Assembly: GCA_041576165.1 (NCBI GenBank)
Contig: JBFGLM010000001.1
Location: 128,001-192,000 of the forward strand
Origin: Acidimicrobiia bacterium
GTDB taxonomy: Bacteria > Actinomycetota > Acidimicrobiia > Spongiisociales > Spongiisociaceae
Length of the DNA stretch: 64,000 bases
Direction: 5' to 3'
Shown: positions 34,863 through 44,494 of the stretch, piece by piece
Layout of the letters: every line of letters begins with the position of its first letter
Position numbering within the stretch: the first letter of the stretch is position 1
Notes under the pieces: model-generated
Seen by the model: only the letters and a program-made list of their open reading frames with translations
The model's database searches: none
What the model was told of the DNA's origin: nothing
Program-made: the position numbers and the translations under genes

Positions 34863-36935
34863 TCAGTCGTCGTCTCCTGCGTCCTCGTCGTCCTCGTCGT
34901 CCTCGTCGTCGTCGTCGTCCTCGTCGTCGTCGGCGTCCTCGTCGTCCTCGAGATCATCGGTTTCATCCTCGAAGATATAGAGGCCGCCATTGCGGTCGGA
35001 CGCGTAGATCTCGTCCTCGCCAGGCTCCTTGTAGACCCCCCAGAAGTCGTTGGGGAACCCGCCATTGGTCGACGCGTCGAGGAATCGGGCGATCTCGACC
35101 GGGTTGTAGGGATCGGTGATGTCAAGCACCACCATCCCGTCCCAGTACCACGAAATGTAGACCTTTTCGTCCTCCACGATCACGTTGTGGACGGAATAGG
35201 TGCCCACGGGATCACATGCTCCGGACGGGGCCGTAGTCGCGCTGCATTCCGTGTAGAACGTCGATGCCAGCGCCGGATTGGCCGGATCCGAGTAGTCCCA
35301 GATGCGCACACCGCCCCACGGCGTGCTGGTGCTGACGTTGTTGGCGATGATGACTGCCGACGCGCCCAACGAGGCCGCAGTGGCCGCTTTGTCCTCGAAG
35401 AAGCACGCACCCCTTCGCACAACCGCGATGTCGCCCGGATCGAACTCCCCTGCATTCAATATTGGGTCCGACACGGGTGGACCGCATGCCTGTCCAATCC
35501 ATACGAGCTCGCCCGTCACCGGGCCGGTGTCCGCAAAGGTCGGGGAACCTGCAGCCGTGCTGAGCTCAGCTGCAAAGTAGGTGTTGCCGGCCAGCGGCCC
35601 TGACGCCACCGTCACGGTTGACCCGTCGGTCGAGCCGACATTGCCGGTCTGGTTTGCCTCGAAGTCGTCGCCAGCAACGGTGGCGATCGCTGTGCCCGGG
35701 ATGGTCGGGTCACCGGGCAAATCGGAGTCCATAGTCAGGTTCCCCGGCGGCGCGAAGGCCTCCCATGCATCGAAGTCTTCTTCTGTCTCGACGACTACCG
35801 TTCCGTCTTCGCTGGGCCAGGCGGCATGGCTGTTGAGCTCCTCATCTAGAGAGCCGTTCGCTAGATCGACGGCCTGCGAGACGAACTCGGGATTGGTCGG
35901 ATCGCTGATGTCCAAGAGCACCAGTCCCGCGTCCCAGTTGCTCAGGTAGGACTTGGTCCCATCCTCTGAGACTGTGATGTCGTGGAGGAACCGGTTGCTG
36001 GAGCTGCCGGGGCCGTCCAGGAGCCATAACGCGGCAGCCAGCACCCTGTCGACCTGGGCAGGATCGGCCAGATCGGTCAGGTCGCCGACACCCGGGTCGA
36101 AGAGCTCTTCAGCACCCCAGGCCGAGGCCAGCACCGGATTGGTCGGATCGGTGATGTCGAAGATCATGTGATTGTCGAAAGCCGTCTCGGCCACGACCGC
36201 CACATAATCCCGTTCGGCGGCGGCGTCATCTCCGTGCTCGTCGCCGTCCTCGTCATCATCGGCACCCTCGTCGTCATCCGAGTCGCCTTCGGCCTCATCG
36301 TCGTCTTGGGTGAACAGGAACAGGTTGTGGACTCCCACGTCGGCGATGCCCCCAAATAGGAAGTCCGAGATCGGGTTGAGTTCGTCGATTCGTACCGAGG
36401 CGAGGTGCACCGGATTCTCCGGATCATCAACGTTGTAGATCTCGAAGCCCCCCGGGCCACCGCCGCATGATTCATTCGAGTGAACGAGGACGTCGCCCGA
36501 GTTCATCTCCGCGACCTTGACATCGTTAGAGCGGCTGCCAACAGGGGAAGGGATCACCCCCACGTTGACCGGCTCATCGAGGTCGTCTACATCCCAAACC
36601 CAGATACCTGCGCCTGGTTCGCCGCCACAAGGGCTGTTGAAGGTGCCAGTGTACGCATAGTCATCGTGAGCCCACACGTCCGTGGTGGCGTCTTGTGCAA
36701 TCCTCTCCCCTCTTCCTTCGAGCTGCAATCCATCACTGCTTGATCCGCTGCTGATCACCATGCCGGCTGCAGCGAACTGGACCGTGGCAGTAGGCGCCTG
36801 GGCTTCGTCCCCGTCGAGCGGTTGCTCATTACGTTCGAGGAAGCCGTCGGGATCCGCATTGGCCACGGGGGCCAGTAGCGAGATAGACAGGAAGATGCTG
36901 AGTATCACGACCCAGCGGGTTGTTCTCGAAGACAC
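34863..36935 (-). CDS. Secreted LVIVD-repeat protein with inserted PA domain and acidic tracts
   Basis: GTG start after GAAAGGAG; signal peptide; repeated D(I/V)(S/T)DP.NP motifs; PA motif IAVVRRGACFFEDKA...GA.AVII; D/E-rich insert and tail. Confidence 0.8.
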   Translation of the reverse strand: MSSRTTRWVVILSIFLSISLLAPVANADPDGFLERNEQPLDGDEAQAPTATVQFAAAGMVISSGSSSDGLQLEGRGERIAQDATTDVWAHDDYAYTGTFNSPCGGEPGAGIWVWDVDDLDEPVNVGVIPSPVGSRSNDVKVAEMNSGDVLVHSNESCGGGPGGFEIYNVDDPENPVHLASVRIDELNPISDFLFGGIADVGVHNLFLFTQDDDEAEGDSDDDEGADDDEDGDEHGDDAAAERDYVAVVAETAFDNHMIFDITDPTNPVLASAWGAEELFDPGVGDLTDLADPAQVDRVLAAALWLLDGPGSSSNRFLHDITVSEDGTKSYLSNWDAGLVLLDISDPTNPEFVSQAVDLANGSLDEELNSHAAWPSEDGTVVVETEEDFDAWEAFAPPGNLTMDSDLPGDPTIPGTAIATVAGDDFEANQTGNVGSTDGSTVTVASGPLAGNTYFAAELSTAAGSPTFADTGPVTGELVWIGQACGPPVSDPILNAGEFDPGDIAVVRRGACFFEDKAATAASLGASAVIIANNVSTSTPWGGVRIWDYSDPANPALASTFYTECSATTAPSGACDPVGTYSVHNVIVEDEKVYISWYWDGMVVLDITDPYNPVEIARFLDASTNGGFPNDFWGVYKEPGEDEIYASDRNGGLYIFEDETDDLEDDEDADDDEDDDDDEDDEDDEDAGDDD
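34866..34950. repeat. Low-complexity (GTC/CTC)n repeat encoding a poly-Asp/Glu tail
   Basis: CGTCCTCGT units in tandem. Confidence 0.8.
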
Positions 36936-37166
36936 GCAGTCTCCTTTCCACTCCCCAATACGAGAGACAGCTGTCGGTGTTCGAGGCACGGCTCGCGGCT
37001 CTACGGCTCGCGGGCAGAAGCCCTTCTCTCGAAACGCCTCACCCCCTCCGGGCTCCATCCAATCGGCTTCTGTGGCCTCCCAAGAAGATCGACCCTACCG
37101 ACGTAGGCCCAAGCGTGGGACACGAGTTGGGGAACCGATCGAGCATTCCGGCCGGACGGAAGAAAG

Positions 37167-37385
37167 TCAGCTGCGAAAGAACCGTCCGACCAGGTTCAGG
37201 ATCACACTCAGCGCAACGCTCGCGATCAGCATCGAGGTGATGGGGATGTAGACCGACGACCGCTCGCCCTCGAACCGGAGGTCGCCGGGCAAGTTGCCGA
37301 ACCACGACAGCAAACCAAATCTGGCCAACAGCCCCAGCACGATTGCGATGGCGCCGCCAACGATGAGATAGTCACCCCCGCGCAT
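37167..37385 (-). CDS. DUF2905-family small membrane protein
   Basis: GNLPGDLR...VYIPITSML motif. Confidence 0.85.
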   Translation of the reverse strand: MRGGDYLIVGGAIAIVLGLLARFGLLSWFGNLPGDLRFEGERSSVYIPITSMLIASVALSVILNLVGRFFRS

Positions 37386-37424
37386 TCACGGAGGGTACCG
37401 CCGGGCCGACCCACCAGACCCGGT

Positions 37425-38411
37425 TCACATCAACCCGAGCTCCCGCACCGCCTCCCGCTCCGCCACTAGCTCGGCCGCCGACGCATCGATCTTGGCTCGC
37501 GAATAGTCGTCGATGTCGAGTCCGCCGACGATCTCGTACGCACCCCCACCTGCGGTGCAGGGGAACGACGACATGAGTCCTTCGGGGATCCCGTAGGAAC
37601 CATCGGAGCGCACCGACATGCTCACCCAATCATCTGGGGGTGTGCCCAGCACCCAGCCTCGCATGTGGTCGATCGCGGCGTTGGCCGCAGACGCCGCCGA
37701 GCTGGCCCCTCGAGCCCGGATGATGGCACCTCCCCGCCCGGCCACCGTGGGAATGAACTCCTCGTCAACCCACTGATGGTCGTTCACCACCTCGTAGGCG
37801 TTGTCGCCCTTCACCTCACAGTGGAACAGGTCGGGATACATGGTGTTGGAGTGATTCCCCCAGATGGTCATTCTCTTGATGTCGCCAACCGGTGCGTCCA
37901 CCTTGTTGGCGAGCTGGGAGATTGCGCGGTTGTGGTCGAGCCGGGTCATGGCGTTGAACTGGGTCGGGTCCAGGTCCGGAGCGTTGTTCATCGCAATCAG
38001 CGCATTGGTGTTGGCAGGGTTGCCGACGACCAGGACCCGCACATCCCGCGCCGCGGCGTCGCTCAGGGCCTTGCCTTGGGCGGTGAAGATGGCACCGTTG
38101 GCGCTCAAGAGGTCCGCCCGGTCCATGTCGGCGGTACGAGGCCGGGCGCCGACCAGCAGTGCATAATCGGCATCACCGAAACCGGTCTCGGCGTCGTCGG
38201 TCCGCACCATTCCGGCGAGGAGCGGGAAGGCGCAGTCTTCGAGTTCCATCGCGACGCCTGCGAGCGCATCCATCGCAGGCGGAATCTCGATCATCTGGAG
38301 GATCACCGGCTGATCGGGCCCAAGCAACTGGCCCGAGGCGATCCGGAACAACAAGGCGTAGCCGATCTGGCCGGCAGCGCCGGTAACGGCGATACGTTTG
38401 GGTGAAGTCAT
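37425..38411 (-). CDS. mdh: Malate dehydrogenase
   Basis: [33 protein letters not shown]. Confidence 0.97.
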   Translation of the reverse strand: MTSPKRIAVTGAAGQIGYALLFRIASGQLLGPDQPVILQMIEIPPAMDALAGVAMELEDCAFPLLAGMVRTDDAETGFGDADYALLVGARPRTADMDRADLLSANGAIFTAQGKALSDAAARDVRVLVVGNPANTNALIAMNNAPDLDPTQFNAMTRLDHNRAISQLANKVDAPVGDIKRMTIWGNHSNTMYPDLFHCEVKGDNAYEVVNDHQWVDEEFIPTVAGRGGAIIRARGASSAASAANAAIDHMRGWVLGTPPDDWVSMSVRSDGSYGIPEGLMSSFPCTAGGGAYEIVGGLDIDDYSRAKIDASAAELVAEREAVRELGLM

Positions 38412-38437
38412 ACCAGCAGGCTAGTTCGGGCGACTGA

Positions 38438-39307
38438 TCAACCCCGGCCCCGGCTGACTCGGCGGGACGGCCGGCGCCGCATCGCTTCGGTGAGGGACAG
38501 CTCGGTCTTGCCCTCGAGCTTGCGGTACGCCCATTGCGCGGGTCCGATCAGCCGGTACCGCCGCGGCAGGAAGGGCCGGATGCGTTTGAGCAAGGCGAGA
38601 TTCAGTTCCAGCCACCGCCGGCGCCCCCGACTCCACTTCACGTCGTACAGCTCCTGCAGCTCGCCGGGCAGGGTGCCGAACGCGGCGAAGGAGATGAAGC
38701 CCCACATCCATTTGACGCCGCGCGGCACCGGACCCGAGCGGATTATGTCAGCGACGTCGTCCGACACGTCGGTCCGGAGGAGGCGCCCGGAAGCGACCAC
38801 GCGCTCGACGTAGGCCTCCAGCTCCTCGATCGTTGGCGGGACCTCGTCACGCGGCAGCCAGAGCAGCTCGGCAGAGAGCATGTTCTCCTCGTGGTACCGC
38901 TGCCGTTCATCCCGAGTCAGGCGCCGCACCGTTCGCTCGAAGAACCAGAGGGATGACACCTCGAGCGCGGCGTGCACCCACAGGAGCAGCTCGTGATCGA
39001 GTGCATCGTACGGCTCCCCGGTCACCTCATCGATCCCGTTCACCTTCAAGTGCAGCTTGTTGATGCGATCGGCGGCCTCGTCGGCCTCCCTCACAGTTCC
39101 AAACGTCACAGTGTTCTGCAACACGAGGGTCCGGATGAGCCGGGCCCACGGGTCGCGGGTGTACATGGCGGTCTGGCGCGCTCCGGCTGCCACCAGAGGA
39201 TGGGCTGCGTGCATCAGCAGGGCCCGCGCCCCGCCGAAGAGTACCGTCAGCTCCCGGTTGACCTCCCACGTGATGGAGGCCGGGCCGAAATAGCCGTGGT
39301 CGTCCAT
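38438..39307 (-). CDS. Oxygenase MpaB / DUF2236 family protein
   Basis: GGARALLMHAAHP, RINKLH, YDALDHELLLWVHA. Confidence 0.85.
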   Translation of the reverse strand: MDDHGYFGPASITWEVNRELTVLFGGARALLMHAAHPLVAAGARQTAMYTRDPWARLIRTLVLQNTVTFGTVREADEAADRINKLHLKVNGIDEVTGEPYDALDHELLLWVHAALEVSSLWFFERTVRRLTRDERQRYHEENMLSAELLWLPRDEVPPTIEELEAYVERVVASGRLLRTDVSDDVADIIRSGPVPRGVKWMWGFISFAAFGTLPGELQELYDVKWSRGRRRWLELNLALLKRIRPFLPRRYRLIGPAQWAYRKLEGKTELSLTEAMRRRPSRRVSRGRG

Positions 39308-39385
39308 GAGGCCCAGTATCGAATGGAATCGCCGCAAGTGGGAAGAGGCCTCGCGTTTTCCCTCCCCGGACTGTGGCTCTCGCGG

Positions 39386-39409
39386 TTTCCTCCCCTAGCG
39401 GGGAGGAAA
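39386..39409. terminator. Intergenic hairpin (possible terminator)
   Basis: TTTCCTCCCC-TAGC-GGGGAGGAAA 10-bp stem. Confidence 0.5.
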
Positions 39410-39440
39410 GCGCGTGACGCGGGGAACGCGGCATCGCCGG

Positions 39441-40169
39441 TCAACTCCCGACTGTCCAGTCGAACCACCACTCCCTCGGTCCGGAGGTCAGGCCGTGGCC
39501 AACCCCGTCAGTGCAGTGGGAGACGATGCGCAGGGTATAGGGGCCCTGCGGGCCGGCGATCGCGACCGGATAGATGGCCGGATCGTCGGCGGGCAGCTGT
39601 GGATCGTCTGGATCCCAGTTTGGGAATCGCTGCCACGGGTACGCGCCGCCCACTATCGGGAAATCAACCACCGTGCGGAAGGTGGCCCGCCCGCGCTTGT
39701 CGGTGAAGAATCCGTTCGGCTGTTCTGCATTCCCGTTGCCCGCGCCGGTCGACGCGAGCAGGTCGGGCAGCGTGTGAGTGGCCGCCAGCGGGGTGGCCTG
39801 CCCGCCAGTGACCGGATTCCCCCCAAATGGATTGCCGTTGGAGTCGGTGCCACCGAGGCGCAGCCAGACCGTGTAGTACGTGTCGGGGCGGGCGTCTCTC
39901 ATCTTGATCACAATCCGGCTGTAGCCGTCGAACTGGTTGATCTTGAGCGTCGCCGAGGCGCCCGGCCACCCCTCCGGATCCACGGGTCCAGGCGCCTGGC
40001 AATCCGCCAGAACACTGTGGCCGCTGGGCGACAACTCGTCGGGACCTCGACGCTCGAACGTATCCGAGATGGTTGGGCCTCCGGCGGCGTTGACCGGCAT
40101 GGCCAGCCCCGCCCATAGAGCGGCAATTGCGACCAGCACCGTGGCGCGGCGTTTGAAGAACGAGCTCAT
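39441..40169 (-). CDS. Secreted hypothetical protein
   Basis: Signal peptide, GGAGGGG SD; no recognisable family. Confidence 0.7.
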   Translation of the reverse strand: MSSFFKRRATVLVAIAALWAGLAMPVNAAGGPTISDTFERRGPDELSPSGHSVLADCQAPGPVDPEGWPGASATLKINQFDGYSRIVIKMRDARPDTYYTVWLRLGGTDSNGNPFGGNPVTGGQATPLAATHTLPDLLASTGAGNGNAEQPNGFFTDKRGRATFRTVVDFPIVGGAYPWQRFPNWDPDDPQLPADDPAIYPVAIAGPQGPYTLRIVSHCTDGVGHGLTSGPREWWFDWTVGS

Positions 40170-40356
40170 GGGATCCCCCTCCCGTTGCGATGCTCATCCC
40201 ACGGATGACTCCTGGAAGCCTATGGAAAGGATGGTTGGTTGGGTGTCGAAATCCAGCCTGCCCCGGCCTGGCACAGAGAAACGGCCGGCCGCCGGCTGGG
40301 CTCGCTCCGAGGGTGCGCGCACGCGCCCCGAGGCGCACCGGGTACGCTCCAACCTC

Positions 40357-40857
40357 ATGACCGACATGTATGACCGCATCCTCCGACTCAGGGCCATTCG
40401 GAACTACGCCGACCAACAGATCTCTGATGAAGACCTCGAACGCATCCTGCAAGCCGCCCGCTGGACGGGAAGTTCGAAGAACCGTCAGAGCTGGTCGTGG
40501 GTCGTCATCCAGGATCCCGAACAAAGAAGACAGCTGGCGGAGGCAGGGGACTTCACCGACCCGGTGCGCAATGCCCCGACCGTCATTGCCCTGATCCAAG
40601 AGCCGGATGGATACGAGATGGACACCGGCCGGCTCGCCCAGAACATCATGCTGGCCGCAGATGCAGTTGGCGTTGCGTCCTGTCCCATCACCCTTCACCG
40701 CGAGGATGTGGCAGCCAAGGTGCTCGGCCTGCCGGTCGGGAGCCGGTGCCGCTATGCGGTGGCCCTGGGATACCCGGGAAAGGCAGCGGGCCCAGCCAAG
40801 ATGGGCGGGCGCAAGCCACTGGTCGAGTTGACCCACCGCGAGACCTACGGCGGCTGA
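40357..40857 (+). CDS. Nitroreductase family protein
   Basis: RAIRNY, AARWTGSSKNRQSW, DTGRLAQNIMLAA. Confidence 0.9.
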   Translation: MTDMYDRILRLRAIRNYADQQISDEDLERILQAARWTGSSKNRQSWSWVVIQDPEQRRQLAEAGDFTDPVRNAPTVIALIQEPDGYEMDTGRLAQNIMLAADAVGVASCPITLHREDVAAKVLGLPVGSRCRYAVALGYPGKAAGPAKMGGRKPLVELTHRETYGG

Positions 40858-40954
40858 CAGGGCGATCCGTCGGCCAGCGGAGCAACAGGCCCGGTTATGC
40901 GGCCGCCCGGACGCTCACGGGTTGCGGCGGGAATAGGCTGGCGTTGCAAGAGGA

Positions 40955-41466
40955 ATGGACGTACAACAGCTCACGAGTTTTCGCCGGCAAAAGGATGAGT
41001 TCTTTGGTGCCGGCGACCGCTCCCCGATCCCACTCCAGGACCGGGCGCAGTGGGAAGGTTTGAGCTACTACGAACCGAAGGGAGACCTCGCGTTCACTCT
41101 GGAAGTCCAGCCGGGCGACAACAGCGAGATCACGGTTCAGACCTCCGACGGGCACACGCAGGTATCGTAGGCTCGGCATCGTCAGCTTCGAGGTGGGCGG
41201 CGCACAAGCCCAACTCACACTGTTCCGCACCGGTCATGATCATCAGATCTTTGTTCCGTTTCGCGACGCTACCCGCGGCAAAGAGACGTACGGCGCCGGC
41301 CGCTATCTGGACCTAGGAGCCAAACGGCGACGGGACGGTCACCATCGATTTCAACTACGCCTACCCGTACTGCGCGTACAACGAGGCCTACTCGTATCCG
41401 CTTCCTCCGCATGAGAACTGGCTTCGAGTCCCAATCCCGGCAGGCGAGCTCGGCTACAACCCATGA
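40955..41466 (+). pseudogene. DUF1684-family pseudogene (two frameshifts)
   Basis: FRRQKDEFF...SP.. in one frame; FVPFRDAT.GKETYGAGRYLDL in a second; IDFNYAY-PYCAYN..PLPP.ENWL...AGE in a third; shifts near 41160 and 41316. Confidence 0.85.
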
Positions 41467-41530
41467 TTGCTTCAGCCGAACTACGCAAGATGTGGCCGCT
41501 AACGTTCGTGCTGCACGAGGAGAACCAACC

Positions 41531-41947
41531 ATGAGCGCAGATTCCACAGCCATCCTGCGACAGTCACCGTTGCTCGCAAAGCTCACGGACGAGGAACTCG
41601 CCTCCTTGCTGGCTTTGACCAACGAACGCTTCTTCGACGACGGCGAACTCCTCACCAGGGCCGGCAGCAACGCCTCCCTGGGTATGTGGATCATCATCGA
41701 GGGCACTGTAAATGTGAGTCGCGACGGCAACTTGCTCACCACGCTCGGTCCGGGTGATCACGTTGGGGAGATGGCCATCATGTCCAACATGCCGCGCTCG
41801 GCCGACGTGATCGCGGTTGGCCCGGTGCGTACTCTGCAGCTGGCACGCTGGGACCTACGCGGGCTGGTCGCCGACCATCCTGATATCGCTCTGTCCATCA
41901 TGGACGCCATGGCCGCCCGGCTGGCGGCTCAGAACACTGCGTCGTAG
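41531..41947 (+). CDS. Cyclic nucleotide-binding domain protein
   Basis: LGPGDHVGEMA...PRSADV phosphate-binding cassette; GAGGAG SD. Confidence 0.88.
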   Translation: MSADSTAILRQSPLLAKLTDEELASLLALTNERFFDDGELLTRAGSNASLGMWIIIEGTVNVSRDGNLLTTLGPGDHVGEMAIMSNMPRSADVIAVGPVRTLQLARWDLRGLVADHPDIALSIMDAMAARLAAQNTAS

Positions 41948-41953
41948 CGCCCT

Positions 41954-42364
41954 TCAGACGGTGCCGTATACGTGCTCCGGCATGAAGCCGATCACTGCCC
42001 GCCGGTCATCCAACATGGCCCGGTGAAACTCGTCCCAGTCGGGGTGTTCCCCGGCTACACCCCGGTAGACATCCTCCAGTTCCATGCTGGTTGTGTCCCG
42101 TAGCGACGCCACCGGCGCGCTGACGGTCGCCACACCTTCCGCCACGACATACCGCCCGAACGATCCGTCGGTCACGTGTAGTGACACCCTCGGATCGCGA
42201 CGGGCGTTACGAGTTTTCGCCCGCCCATCGGTCACCGAGATCCGGACTGAGCGGCCGTCGAAGAAGTATGCAATGTTCGACAACTGTGGACGGCCGTTGC
42301 GTCTCAGGGTCACAAACACACCTCGCCGCTCCGATCTCAAGAAGTCGTCCTGTTCAGGCGTCAT
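41954..42364 (-). CDS. PPOX-class F420-dependent oxidoreductase
   Basis: TLRRNGRPQLS, RAKTRNARRDPRVSL, EHPDWDEF..AM. Confidence 0.88.
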   Translation of the reverse strand: MTPEQDDFLRSERRGVFVTLRRNGRPQLSNIAYFFDGRSVRISVTDGRAKTRNARRDPRVSLHVTDGSFGRYVVAEGVATVSAPVASLRDTTSMELEDVYRGVAGEHPDWDEFHRAMLDDRRAVIGFMPEHVYGTV

Positions 42365-43286
42365 CAGCCACTCCTACTCGGATGAACGAATCAATCGCCG
42401 CTGCTATCTCGCCAGCGTGCGTCAACGGTGCCTCATGGCGCGCACCCTCTAGCTCCAAGACCGTGACGTCCGCCAGCCGTAGAGCAAGATCGTACTGGTG
42501 CGTGGCGGGAATCAGCTGGTCGGACGTCGTGATGATGGCCAGCGTCGGTGCTTCGATCTCGCCGACCCACTCCCGGGAATCGAATCGCAGCGAAACGAAC
42601 CCGGTCTGCCAGTACAGCTCCGGATCTCGGGACATCTGCTCGTTCCACAGCCACTTGGCGTGGGATGGCGGGAACACACCACGCTTGAGTAGATATCGGT
42701 ACCGAGCGGCGGACAGCTCGGTGCGGCTCAACCGATCAAGGGCCCGGCTGAGCAGAAACAGCCCCCGAGATGCCCAGCGTTGCAGACCCGACATGGCGCC
42801 CGCCGACGTTCCTCCGAGGATCAGGAATCCGACCTTAGAGGGGTATCGGTGCGCCAGGCTCTGGGCCACCATCCCGCCCATGGAGTAGCCAACGACATCG
42901 ACCTTCCCTAGTCCCAGTTCGTCGATCACGCCGGCCACATCGTCGGCGGCGTCCGAGATTTCGTACCTCCCCCGCCTCCGAGCTGATCGGCCGTGGTTGC
43001 GCTGGTCGATCATCACCACATCGCGCGATTGCGCAAGCAGTGGTGCGATTCGCTGCCAAACGATCGCACTGTGGTCTCCCCACCCGTGTATCAGCACGAT
43101 AGGAGGACTCTCGGGCGTGCCGACTCGCCGGATGAAGAACTCGTGCTCGTCCACAAACAGGCTACGGCCGGGCACCGGCCACGGGTGCACCTGTGGGGCC
43201 GGCGGACGCGGCCGCGGCTCGGGGCCGAATAACCGCCAGACCAGGCAGGCCCCCGCGACCGGCATCGCCCAGTCGCGCAACCTCAC
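42354..43286 (-). CDS. Alpha/beta hydrolase (canonical Ser nucleophile)
   Basis: LIHGW, DQRNHGRS, GYSMGG, ARHE; GTGA overlap with the selD stop. Confidence 0.88.
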   Translation of the reverse strand: MRLRDWAMPVAGACLVWRLFGPEPRPRPPAPQVHPWPVPGRSLFVDEHEFFIRRVGTPESPPIVLIHGWGDHSAIVWQRIAPLLAQSRDVVMIDQRNHGRSARRRGRYEISDAADDVAGVIDELGLGKVDVVGYSMGGMVAQSLAHRYPSKVGFLILGGTSAGAMSGLQRWASRGLFLLSRALDRLSRTELSAARYRYLLKRGVFPPSHAKWLWNEQMSRDPELYWQTGFVSLRFDSREWVGEIEAPTLAIITTSDQLIPATHQYDLALRLADVTVLELEGARHEAPLTHAGEIAAAIDSFIRVGVADDA

Positions 43287-44326
43287 CCGTGGACCTCGAT
43301 CCGCCCGGCCTCGCCCTCTGCCACCTCTCCGATGATCGCAGCCGTCACATTGCGCGCGGCCATCTGTTCCAGCAGAGCTTCCGCTGCGTCGGGGGAAATC
43401 GAGAGCAGCAGGCCCCCGCTGGTTTGCGCGTCGGCCAGGATCTTGATCATGACGTCGTCCACGCCGTCGACTTTCAGATGGGGGGTCACAGACTCCAGAT
43501 TGCGACCGCTGCCACCGGGATACACGCCGGCCTCAGCAAGAGCAAGCACGCCATCGAGCAGCGGGACGGCCCCGGCGAAGACCGACGCTCGCAAGCCGGA
43601 CCCGACCAAGATCTCACGGAGATGGCCGAGCAGTCCGAACCCCGTCACGTCGGTGCCCGCGCTGACCCCTACAGTCCGTGCTGCGTCCGCCGCGCGATCG
43701 TTCAGCTCTACCATCGTCTCGATCGCGGCCGCGATCACCCCCGGCTCGGCCTTCCCTTCCTTGATGGCCGTGGCGATGATTCCCGTGCCCAGCGGCTTGG
43801 TCAGCACCAGCACATCGCCGGGTCGGGCCCCGTCGTTGGTGATGAGGTGCTCGGTCTGCACCGTGCCGGTGACGGCGAACCCGTACTTGGGCTCGGCGTC
43901 GTCGATCGAGTGGCCGCCGACAATGGTGCAGGCGGCCGCCGCCATCACATCGGCGCCACCCTCCAGCACCCGGCCCAGCACCTCGAAAGGTATCGCGTCC
44001 CGGGGCCAGCCGATCAACTGCAGTGCAGTGGCCGGAACTCCACCCATCGCATATACATCCGAGAGGGCGTTGGCCGCGGCGATGCGACCCCAGTCGTACG
44101 GGTCGTCGACGACCGGGGTGAAGAAATCGACCGTCTGTACGATCGTTTCACCGCCGGGCAGACGAAAGACGCCTGCGTCGTCCGAGGTCGTGAAACCGAC
44201 CAGCAGGTCAGGGTGGGTCGTCGAGGGATGGGATGTCAGAGGGCGCAGGACCTGCGCCAGCTCGCCGGGACCGAGCTTGCAGGCTCAACCCGCCCCGTGA
44301 GAGAACGACGTCAGTCGCACGTCCAT
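43283..44326 (-). CDS. selD: Selenide, water dikinase with in-frame UGA (selenocysteine at codon 14)
   Basis: ATG at 44326 after GAAAGGCGG reads MDVRLTSFSHGAG-UGA-ACKLGPGEL..., continuing in frame through DDAGV, QTVDFFTPVVDDP, AAANALSDVYAMG, DVTGFGLLGH, DAQTSGGLL. Confidence 0.95.
44242..44287 (-). promoter_or_regulatory. Candidate bacterial SECIS element directly 3' of the selD UGA
   Basis: Hairpins AGCTCG-GTCCCGG-CGAGCT (44277-44259) and GGCGCAG-GTC-CTGCGCC (44258-44242) follow TGA at 44287-44285. Confidence 0.6.
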
Positions 44327-44494
44327 GTTCACCGCCTTTCGCACCCGAGTTTGGCAGACCACGCCGGTATGAGCGGCGCCGCCCGTTCGAGCACCGGCCC
44401 GCAGCTTGCCTTCCGAGTCGTGGCCCATCGCTGGGGGCCTCACAGGCGGTCACAGGGTTCCCGAGTATTCCGAGTGCGCCTATCCTGGCCCGTC

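Noticed and set aside
34866-34950. Short tandem repeats as CRISPR or contingency locus
   Set aside because: In-frame codon repeats for Asp/Glu; no spacers and no cas genes
36940-37160. Riboswitch in the leader of the LVIVD/PA gene
   Set aside because: Only short GAGCCG repeats seen; no recognisable aptamer consensus
43193-44494. Apparent 592-aa GreA fusion
   Set aside because: The N-terminal part is the antisense of selD; greA starts at 44495 after a TATCCT -10 element
44327-44494. tRNA-Sec near selD
   Set aside because: No cloverleaf, UCA anticodon arm or proper T-arm found in this intergenic region
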